This document shows positions 54,700-64,000 of a DNA stretch of 64,000 nt, piece by piece; position 1 is the stretch's first letter; each line of letters starts with the position of its first letter. The notes below the pieces were generated by a model. That model did no database searches and was not told where the DNA came from. It saw nothing but the letters and a program-made list of their open reading frames with translations. The DNA lies in contig CAIIXF020000001.1 in NCBI GenBank assembly GCA_903813345.2, forward strand, positions 558,001 through 622,000, read 5' to 3'. The DNA is from Owenia fusiformis (lineage: Eukaryota). The translations under genes and the position numbers were made by a program.

Positions 54700-55485
54700 G
54701 CATTTGAAAGTTAATGTTACACTTTTCATATGCTTGTTGGCATTTGGAGGTTAATGTCATAATTTTGATATGCTTGTTCGCATTTGAAGTTTAATGTTAC
54801 AATTTCCATATGCTTGTTCGCATTTGAAGTTTAATTTTACAATTTCCATATGCTTGTTCGCATTTGAAGTTTAATGTTACAATTTCCATATGCTTGTTCG
54901 CATTTGGGGTTTAATGTAACAGTATCCATATGCTTCTTGGTATTTGAAGGTTAATGTTACAATTTTCATATGCTTGTTCGCATTTGACGATTAATGTCAC
55001 AATTCCACATGCTTGTTGGCATTTGGTGTTTAATGTAACATTATCCATATGCTTCTTGGTATTTGAAGTTTAATGTTACACTTTTCATATGCTTCTTGGC
55101 ATTTGAAGTTTAATGTTACACTTTTCATATGCTTCTTGGTATTTGCAATTCAATGACACTATTTCCATATGCTTCTTGGCATTTGAAGGTTAATGTTACA
55201 ATTTTCATATGCTTCTGAGCATTTGTTTAATGTCACAATTTTTATATGCTTCTTGGTATTTGAAGTTTAATGTTACACTTTTCATATGCTTCTTGGCATT
55301 TGAAGTTTAATGTTACACTTTTCATATGCTTCTTGGTATTTGCAATTCAATGACACTATTTCCATATGCTTCTTGGTATTTGAAGGTTAATGTCATAATT
55401 TGCATATGCTTCTTGGCATTTGAAGTTAATGTCACAATTTTCATATGCTTCTTGGTATTTGAATTTTAATGTTACACTTTTTATA
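54700..55485. repeat. 40-bp minisatellite GCATTTGAAGTTTAATGTTACAATTTCCATATGCTTGTTC, ~20 copies
   Basis: Direct reading. Confidence 0.95.
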
Positions 55486-55593
55486 AGCTCGTTGAAGAAT
55501 TGAATTGAATAAAAAATAAATGAATAAATAAAGAAATATAGGGTAATCGTACAGGTACAAGTCGGACTACACTTTCAACCAACCCATGCTCCC

Positions 55594-55802
55594 CATGTCT
55601 TGGACGATAGGGTCACAAAACCTCCACATGTCCGAATTAGATCTTCCTCAATTTTGCTTTGATCCATAGTTGTACCCTACAAGGATCTACAGTCTACTTG
55701 CTTCCCATCTCCAAGAATCCTTGTAGGGTACAACAATGGATCAAAGCAAAATTGAGGAAAATCTGATTTGGACATAAGGGGTGTCCCAATCCGTCGAGAA
55801 TG
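55594..55802. repeat. Foldback inverted repeat, probable small MITE
   Basis: ~43-bp near-perfect arms at 55644-55686 and 55717-55760. Confidence 0.75.
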
Positions 55803-56278
55803 CAAGACCATGATGAATATTTAAAAAACACATAATATAAGATCCATGAACAGGATTCATCACACGGTCTTGTGTGGAGCCGGTGTAAAAGGGTAGGTGG
55901 TCCTATCAAATTTTGGCTCTATTCTCTATTGTTTTTTTATGGTGACCTAATTACAATTATTTTCCCTATTATTTATACACAATCAGGGCCAGTAAGGACC
56001 GTAAAGAAAGGGGACCATAATCCCCAGGGACCATAATTTCCTTTACACCGGTATTCCCAAACCTTTAGAGGGGTGTATTTCTGTGTATGTTTGATGAGGT
56101 TTTGGTATACATTGCGTGGTTACTCATTAAAATAACACTGTAATAGTCGAACACAATCGTGGGTTTATTCAGTAATAAATTGAGCTTAAAATGTAATGAT
56201 GGTGCAAACGTGTGTTTCACAGTATGTTACATTATGACGCAATATTATATTTTAATAAAATAGTACAAACATAGAGTG

Positions 56279-56458
56279 TCATGCAAACTTGTATGTGAGC
56301 CAGTATATCAAATTAAAAAGAACAAATGATAAGGGAAACATCTTTCTTGCTAGTTTATCAATATATCTGGCTCTATTCCTCCCTTCTCCATCACGAACAA
56401 ATGGTCGTTTCTCTTTGACTTCTTTAAAGTCCCTTCCATTCCGAGTGACTACTTTAAT
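56279..56458 (-). CDS. Gene 2 last coding exon with M4
   Basis: ttttccag acceptor; [14 protein letters not shown]...[18 protein letters not shown] on the minus strand at 56164-56169. Confidence 0.95.
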   Translation of the reverse strand: MKVVTRNGRDFKEVKEKRPFVRDGEGRNRARYIDKLARKMFPLSFVLFNLIYWLTYKFA

Positions 56459-59107
56459 CTGGAAAATAGTATTTAAACACATTGAGTCAAAATAAGGAGG
56501 TTATACATCGGGAGATGTACAAATTGTTTAAATTTATACAAAGGGATCCGATGATTTTTCCGAGTTTGACGGATATATCACTCTGAATGAAGATTCCAAT
56601 ATACAATCCAGACCTTTTTATATCATAGATGATATTAAAAAATAATGATAAGTTATCAAAACTCAAACACTATTAAACGTCTTTAGGAGGCAAGTATGCA
56701 GAATATATAAGTACATGGAATATAACAAAATAGTAATCGTATTTATCAAAGTGATTTGCTTTATATAATTTATATTACAGCGACCATGGTATGGGAGAAA
56801 AAAAGGAGGATGACATAATGATCACATTCTCCATAATAAGTTTGGCAACAGGGGGACTCGATTTGCTCACCTATCGAAGCATACACTCCCCTCCATAAGT
56901 TTGGCAACCTTTTTTCCACCATTGAACTACGTGTTAAAGCCTCTTTACCTTTGAATTTTTATTTACTTAACCTGCGATGAAAATACTTATACTATTGATG
57001 GAAACGTAATTTGACTTTAATTCCAATACCTCAAAATTTTCTTAATTTTTTTCCTCAATTACAATAGGTCGAAAATTGATGATTAATTTGATGAATTTTT
57101 AAAAATCGACATTCCCATGTTAACCAATGAGAAATGGTAGGTTTGCCGCAAGTCATATGACAGAATATCCATCCATCCGAGTCCTTGCAAAAAATACGAG
57201 TTAGGCAGGCAATTGAATTTACTAACTTTATTTAACAAAAAAATGATATGTTTCTTCAGGTTCAACAAAGTTATAGGGCTTTAAAGTCAAAATTGTTTTT
57301 CAAAAAACCTCTCCCATTGAAATAACACAGGAGGCGAAAAATTATTTTCAAAAATGACTTTGAAGCGCTGTAACTTTAATATTCATCAAATAAACTAAAC
57401 ACTTAGTGTTCAAAAAAGTTAGACAATTCAATTTTCTATATAAAAATATTTTTTGCTGAATCTTTTACTGAAAATATATCCTGATTTCTGATTTGCCCCG
57501 AACCCTCCATTTCCCATTGGATAACATGGGAATGACGATTTTCAAAAATTCATCAAATTATCATCAATTTTCGACCTATTGTAATTGAGGAAAAAATTGA
57601 GAAATTTGGAGGTATTGGAAATAAAGTCAAGTTACGTTTCCATCAATAGTTTAGATTATTTCATCGCCGGTTAAGTAAATAAAAATGCAAACGTAAAGAG
57701 GCTTTAACACGTAGTTCAATGGGGAAAAAAGGTTGCCAAACTTATGGAGGAGAGTGTATGCTAATAAATGTCCAAACTATCAGGAACAGAATTGAGATTT
57801 AATTATTCACAGATTTTAATAATTTAATTATTCACAGGCTTTTTTAAGTGATAAGATGAGAACCTCCGGTTACCAAACTTAATGAGGGGAGTGTAGCTGT
57901 TTACCTGCTCAATCGTCACATGCTCTTCCTTTAACTTCCTGTTCCCATTAAGTGTCCTATTTCTCCTCATTTCCTTTCTTGAAAATACATTAACAACAGC
58001 AAATTCTAAAAGGGACGCAAACACAAATAATAAACACGTTGACATCCAAACGTCTATGGCTTTAATATAAGATACTCTTGGAAGTTGAGATCTTGCTCCT
58101 GTGCTCTGTGTTGTCATTGTAAGCACTGTAAGAAGTCCAATTGTGACACGAGCTGGAATTGCATCAATGCTAATCCAGAAGGCTACCCATGATAGAATTA
58201 CTATCAAAACACTGGGTATATAGAGCTGGATAAGATAGTATCCTATGTCTCTCTTGAGTATAAAATCGATCTGTAGGCATGGGTAAGCACCTGGAACACG
58301 ACATAACGGGGGTAAAAGTCAATATACAAATCCATTTTAAAATCATAAGCGCAGGAAATGTTTACGTTTTGATGAGTTAAATCTTCTAAGTGAACAATTG
58401 ATAAGTTTATCATATACAGTCATTCACTTGGTTTAACCATTAATGATCCAAATCTTAAAATGTGTTCTGCAATTTATATTTTAAAACATTCATACAAACA
58501 CTGTATAGCACAATACTCCACAGTCAGACATAATACATTTTCCCACGAAATTGAACAGCAAACACGCCATATTGGTTATTGATTGCCACCAATACTCGTT
58601 TTTTCCCGAACAAAAACCTACCTGTGGTATAGTTTTGAAGACAATCCATCAATTTATTACCTACATATCGGTATTGTGGCAGTTCAAGATTGGAATCACC
58701 AGCGACTGGCTTAGGTTGTAACCATTTGTAATGCAATGTTTCCATTGTATTGCCAACTAAAATCATATAATTATCAGCCCTCTTGAACGAGGCGTCCTAC
58801 CATGTGAACATCATGCAGTTCCATGGTCCAATTTGGATGAACTATAACGTTTATGTTTTCATTCACTGTCCAAATTGGGCCAAGTTCATTGATGTCGTGT
58901 TTAGACCACCATACAGCATAGTTTTACAGTGGTCTAAATCAGGACATGAGGTGGTCACCTGGTTTTTACCTGTGCTGTAGTTCTGTCTGCATGTTTGCAA
59001 TTCATAGCCGACGTATCTGAATTGAGGTAATTCTGGTTCCTGCCCCATATCTAATGGTTGTGGGTCTGTTAGCCATTTAAAGTTAACAGCATCCAACGTG
59101 TTTCCGA
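56279..59107 (-). CDS. Gene 2 (partial, 5' exons beyond window): paralogous GlyR-like chloride channel subunit. Join complement of [59107-58970 | 58756-58622], 58290-57905, 56458-56279
   Basis: Same exon structure as gene 1, including a 386-nt TM exon; GT-AG sites; PAR motif; M4 [23 protein letters not shown]. Confidence 0.92.
56884..57756. mobile_element. T1 Tc1/mariner-type foldback MITE in the last intron of gene 2
   Basis: Very similar to 41149-42024; TA flanks. Confidence 0.92.
57905..58290 (-). CDS. Gene 2 exon: end of loop C, M1-M3
   Basis: 386 nt, ttccag acceptor, CAG|gtaaac donor; protein nearly identical to gene 1 through M3. Confidence 0.96.
58622..58756 (-). CDS. Gene 2 cassette exon Y: (F)[44 protein letters not shown](G)
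   Basis: 135 nt, phase 1-1, ttttag acceptor, gtaggt donor (minus strand). Confidence 0.9.
58970..59107 (-). CDS. Gene 2 cassette exon X: (F)[45 protein letters not shown](G)
   Basis: 138 nt, phase 1-1, atttgcag acceptor, gtaaaa donor (minus strand). Confidence 0.9.
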
Positions 59108-59284
59108 CTGCAAATACAATTTTGGTGGGGTATTTATACCTCCGAAGGGACACGGCGCGAGAGCAGCAGAAGCGGCAACAAGTGAATTGCAAATTGCTAA
59201 GCGTAGCTCTCGATGGCCGTGATTTGTAGATCAAACCGCAACAATATTGATATGAAATAGGGTATTATATTGAATCAGAAGAAC

Positions 59285-61283
59285 TGTGACGATCCTGCTC
59301 GTCATTTTCTATATTTATATCATTTCTCCTTACCTGGTACCTTGATCTTGATTGTAGTTGAGAAAATCACGTATAATTACTTTGTATTGAGCTTCAAATT
59401 CACGAAACTGTTTTGATTTTAAATTTGTTTACATTTTTCATGGAGGCCGCCATTTTGGATGGTCATGTGACTAGGAAATTATCTCATTTATATTTTTGAT
59501 TTTCTGTCATATAAAGAGCACTTTTAAAACTTAACTGGAACGTAACATGTTCTTATGATGTTATCAATCATGTATTTTGATGTTGCAAACATATTGTTAT
59601 ATGTTTAGACTTTGATGTATAAAAACGTTTTGTTTGAGTTTCGAGATTAACTTGTACACTCTGACATTGTGGACAGCCATTGATAGTTTGGGAAATCAGC
59701 TGTTTTCGTAATCAAGAATCGTTTTGAAGCCTAGAGAATCGTTTTGAAGTCAAAGATGTGTTTCTAAAGAAGGCCAACATGCCCGGGATGACGACAAAGC
59801 TCTTTGAAAACTGGGTGAGATATATTAGTGTATAATTTTGGTGATTTCACTGGCTGTTTACAATATTATTTAGCCGTAATAATTTTGCTGATTCTGATCC
59901 CATCTTTGGATTGTCTTTCTATTCATGTAGACGGAATATAATTTAGTCATTTACGAATAAAGATAGTAAGTTATTTTAGCAGTTTATATCTTTTTCTGTT
60001 GGATCATTGATGATCAGAGTGTGTCATAACCAACCATTTACCTGAACTATTCTACTTTGTCCACAATTGCTTCTGTCCACAATTGCTTCTGTCCACATTT
60101 GGGTTTGTACACAGTTGTAATTTGTCCACTTTACAATTCCCAACCCCCTAAATGGAAGACACAGCCTTACCTTGAAGACACAGTTCCTTTTAACAAGTGA
60201 TGTATGACCTGATATAGCAATTATAATATCTGTCCCTCCCAAATCTGATTTTCACTCATACAAGAAGGAGTGCTGCCCAAATTTTTCTTAAGTTTGGACT
60301 TAGAATATTTTCCCCTCCCCAATCTGATTTCCACTCATACTAGGGGAAGTGCTGCCCAAATTTTCCTTCCCCATGCTGGCCTAATATAACTCAAAACATA
60401 TTTGTCCACAGCTGTCATTTGTCAACAATTGTACAATTACACTTTGTCCACAATTGTGAAATCATATTTGTCCACAACTGTCATTTGTCCACAATTGTAC
60501 AATTACACTTTGCCCACAATTGTGAAATCACTTTTGTCCACAGTTGTCATTTGTCCACAATTGTGCAATTACACTTTGTCCACAATTGTGCAATTACACT
60601 TTGTCCACAATTGCGAAATCATACTTGTCCACAGTTGTCATTTGTCAACAATTAATCACACAGTGAGTCTTCACCCCTTCCATAGAGCCTTATAAATGAG
60701 AACAAGACGGTAAGTGACATATTCGGGGTTTTTGGTCCTAATAGAGCACGTTACCAATTCTATGATTTTTGTGGAAGCAGGACCAGAAACTTCACAGTGT
60801 TGGCTAAAGCGGTGGGATATGGATAGTGATAGTGGTACGTCTACTTTTGTGAACTGATTGGCTCGCGCATTATATCAAGATCGTGTTTTGCGTCATTTTT
60901 TTCTCATTATTCGGGCAGTGTAAACAAATTTAGTCATTCCCAAATTGTTAACACACATGTGTTTAGCTGCAAAAGGAAAACTCTTTGTGTGATACTTCTT
61001 TATGCTTGGGATTGTTTATTGTTTAAAATAGATGACCAGCTTGTACTCTTGCATTGTATGTTCTGCAAAACCTGAAGTGAAGAATAAACGAATGTCCACA
61101 TTGATGCAAGGCTGGATTTTTGAAGTCACAGCCATTTCTTCTAAGTGAATAAACCAGGTGTATGATTAAGTAAATAAAAATAAATTTTGTTATTTACTTG
61201 TTGTTTCATATTTGTGTGAAGAATAAAGTTGTATGTTGTCAACTGTAATAAATTGATCTGTGTGAAACTGTGGAATCTCTTAC
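59285..61283 (+). mobile_element. Putative 5' LTR/leader of a Gypsy-like element, interrupted by repeats
   Basis: Starts TGTGACGA, candidate end TCTTACA, lies directly before the gag-like ORF; second LTR not in window, boundaries uncertain. Confidence 0.35.
60053..60660. repeat. TTTGTCCACAATTG-based tandem repeats (60053-60130, 60401-60660) around a ~80-bp duplication
   Basis: Direct reading. Confidence 0.85.
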
Positions 61284-61305
61284 ATGGGAATAACTTGTGT
61301 GAAAT

Positions 61306-63006
61306 ATGGCCACGTCAGCTACTGAAAATACTTTGGAGACGACAAAGGACACAGCTCTACCATCTGAGGCATCTACTGAGCAAATGGAAGCCACAGATTT
61401 TGACATGAATGATGAGCTACTACAGTCAGCATTTGGTGATGGTGAAGTACATTGTAGTTTGCAGTCTAGACGTCAAAGAAAGGAACGAGATGTACACAAG
61501 ATGGCCTATGAATGCTGTGACACAGATGTCCTTAATATTGATACTGATGAACTGAAGAAAATTGCCGATCTCCCACAAATGAGATCTGTACCATTTGAAG
61601 ATAATTTGTACCCCAATAATTTCATGGATGATAGATGTCAGAGAAAATCTGCGACAATTGATGCTTTAGATCTGAGGAGTGATTTGAGATGGAACATGCC
61701 CAAAACGCTTATGAAATCACGAAGAAGACCTTTGTTAATGTCGATGAAAATCAAGACAGAATCTCTGATGCCTACAAATAATGATAATGACAAGCTTTTA
61801 TTGTCAGGAGCTGAAGCTATACCAAAAAGAACCCACATGCAAGTGCATGAAATGAAACGTGACGTTAAAGAAAAAGAGCAGACTTGTGAAGATAATAAGT
61901 TATTTTCACCCTCAGCATTTCCGACAGGAGCCAATGATTGTCCGAGAGAAATTTCAAAGCCAAGACTCAAAAGACAAGATGCTTTTTATCAGATGCCAAT
62001 GCCACAACCGAACTACCATGATGTATTATATGCTCCAATAGTGAAACTTGATGGTACAAAGGATGATTCTTCAGTGCTGCTTGGTGATGGCTTTGAGAGA
62101 CAGGCAGTCTACCTGAAGTCACAGAGACAACAGCCATCACTATTCCAGGATGATAAAACAGAAACTAAAGACAGAATTGTCCCACAAAAGTTTTCCCAAT
62201 CGGTGCATATTCCGTATGTTTCATCACCCTACAATTGCATGCAATGGGGAGATTCAGACCTTGATGACACAGGATTGATGACAGACCAAGAATATGTGCT
62301 GGACCAGGGTTATCGAATGCCATTGCTGAAAAAACCTAGAAATGATGATCGAAGTTACAGCGCTGATCTATATGGGCACCGAATTAGTGAGAGACCTTTG
62401 ACTAACCAATATATCAGTGTGAGAAGCCTAGGTCACGGGTCATGCTCTGATGAAAAGCTACCTAAATCTGACAGAGAAATGAAAGCTAAGGGAAAGTTTA
62501 TTGAACCCCAAAACGATGTTGATGTGGACGCTTGTGTGTCTTTCGCCAAGTCTGAGACACAGAATGAGGCACCATGTGTATCTCTCCAAGATGAAGCACT
62601 CACAAAAGGCCATGAGAAGAGAATTGTGACTGAACCTGATACAGTGTTCCAAATTGTAGCTTTGAAAAAAACAGCTAATCTTCCAAGTAAGGAACCATTT
62701 CAAGCCATGATGGATGATTTCAGAGCAGACATGCAAAGTTTGGTTACATCAGAAGTGGAGAAGTTGGAACAACAGTTGATGAAAAAGCTCATGAAAAAGA
62801 CAGAGAAGGAACCCAAGAAGAACAAGAAGAGGCGGGTGTATTGCAAACTCTGTGACTGCAGGGAACACTCAGTCTTCAATTGTGAATTCAGGCACCCTAA
62901 TTCACAGAAGCACGGATCTAAGGCTTGCTTCAGATGCGGGGAAGAAAACCACAGTGTGATGGACTGCCCCAAGGGCAGCCCCGAGCCAAAGGGCTCAGGA
63001 AACTAG
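61306..63006 (+). CDS. Gag-like ORF (566 aa) with two C-terminal CCHC zinc knuckles; Ty3/Gypsy LTR retrotransposon-derived
   Basis: CKLCDCREHSVFNC and CFRCGEENHSVMDC, ends SGN*; followed by a degenerate protease motif IPAIVDSESD near 63120-63150. Confidence 0.72.
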   Translation: MATSATENTLETTKDTALPSEASTEQMEATDFDMNDELLQSAFGDGEVHCSLQSRRQRKERDVHKMAYECCDTDVLNIDTDELKKIADLPQMRSVPFEDNLYPNNFMDDRCQRKSATIDALDLRSDLRWNMPKTLMKSRRRPLLMSMKIKTESLMPTNNDNDKLLLSGAEAIPKRTHMQVHEMKRDVKEKEQTCEDNKLFSPSAFPTGANDCPREISKPRLKRQDAFYQMPMPQPNYHDVLYAPIVKLDGTKDDSSVLLGDGFERQAVYLKSQRQQPSLFQDDKTETKDRIVPQKFSQSVHIPYVSSPYNCMQWGDSDLDDTGLMTDQEYVLDQGYRMPLLKKPRNDDRSYSADLYGHRISERPLTNQYISVRSLGHGSCSDEKLPKSDREMKAKGKFIEPQNDVDVDACVSFAKSETQNEAPCVSLQDEALTKGHEKRIVTEPDTVFQIVALKKTANLPSKEPFQAMMDDFRADMQSLVTSEVEKLEQQLMKKLMKKTEKEPKKNKKRRVYCKLCDCREHSVFNCEFRHPNSQKHGSKACFRCGEENHSVMDCPKGSPEPKGSGN

Positions 63007-63330
63007 ATGAGACTGATTCAGTGGGTCCAGAATCAGCCGAGACCTCTGTTGGACCCACTTAAATTGATGGCACAACCCGCAAAGGTCTTGCTGTGCATTT
63101 TAATATTTGGAAGTTCCTGATACCAGCTATTGTTGATAGTGAATCTGATGTGTATAATATTCCCACAAAGGCGAGATGGATGAATATATCAACAAAGGCC
63201 ATGTCTCAAACATAGAGATGACTGATGGAAGACCTGTTGAAGTGCATTGCATTGTGAAGTGTGAGTTTGGAATTAAAGATGCAAAAGTGAAACTTGATTG
63301 ATGGCTACAAATGTGTAATTTGCGAAAAAA
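63007..63330 (+). pseudogene. Decayed retroviral-type aspartic protease region
   Basis: AIVDSESD (DSG motif altered) among stops; no long ORF to the window end. Confidence 0.45.
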
Positions 63331-64000
63331 GACATTACATTTAAGAAGCTGAATTTACAGTTGTGATGGATACACTGATGGAGACTTGACATTCATCCGG
63401 TTGGTTGAATAAATGAAATGGACTTATTACCCATGTGTGAATGAATAAAGACTAATTGTGAGGAGTGCATGTGAAAACTAATTGTTTGTAATTGAAATTA
63501 TTCATCATTGTTTTCTTCAACTGGAAATAGTAGATATGACACAGTATTCAGAACCGGCCGGACTGAAAACATGTCTACTTGAACAATCGTGCATTATTTT
63601 ATTGTAGCAAAATATTTTGATTAATATTAAGAATCTCAGTCTGTAACACTAGCTATTTTAATGACATATGGAGTCACAGAAAATGATGGTGATGCATTGT
63701 ATTTGTATATAGATGTTTTGATAAAGACTGGGAATAAAGATTGAGATGAGAGAATTAGATGATCAGTATGTTTTAATGTTACTTGATTGTCTTGATAAAT
63801 AACACAAGCGTTACATTTGGTAGAATGTTTTGGATGTATAGACTTCGAAGATATGACTATGAACCTAGAGTGTGATTTAGTGTAAACCCTCAACTGAGCC
63901 TGAGACCCAAGTGTCATGTTGTGATGAAACAAACAGTGAGAGTGTCGCCCATGTGTAAAGTAGAAGTCAAAGGTGAAGCACCAGGCAATCTACATGGAAA

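Noticed and set aside
60402-60695. Cys/His-rich repetitive ORFs
   Set aside because: Translations of the GTCCACAATTG tandem repeat.
61284-61325. Primer-binding site for the Gypsy-like element (TGG starts at 61284 and 61307)
   Set aside because: Could not match to a tRNA 3' end with confidence.

Overview
AT-rich, intron- and repeat-rich animal DNA, probably a lophotrochozoan invertebrate (taxon inferred, not shown). The window holds two convergent (tail-to-tail) paralogous genes for anion-selective, glycine-receptor-like Cys-loop ligand-gated ion channel subunits. Gene 1 (+) can be spliced by hand into a complete 415-417 aa ORF (ATG 29710 to TGA 48971). Only the 3' half of gene 2 (-, 59107 to 56279) is in the window. 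In both genes the exon encoding end of loop B/loop F/beta9/loop C of the ligand-binding domain is tandemly multiplied as intact phase 1-1 cassettes (3 in gene 1, at least 2 in gene 2), which look like mutually exclusive exon arrays. Candidate control signals sit around them: a docking-site/selector-like complementarity, UGCAUG (Rbfox) motifs at matched positions, and a strongly folded inter-cassette intron. The M1-M2 pore-coding tract of the two paralogs is nearly nucleotide-identical, consistent with gene conversion. The inferred picture is a variable-ligand-site, constant-pore receptor pair. The rest is mobile and repetitive DNA: a decayed AcademX-like transposon with ~1.2 kb TIRs, a 5'-truncated Tx1/L1 LINE, Harbinger-, Tc1/mariner- and EnSpm-type MITEs, several minisatellites, and a Gypsy-like gag ORF. 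All coordinates and alignments were read by eye.
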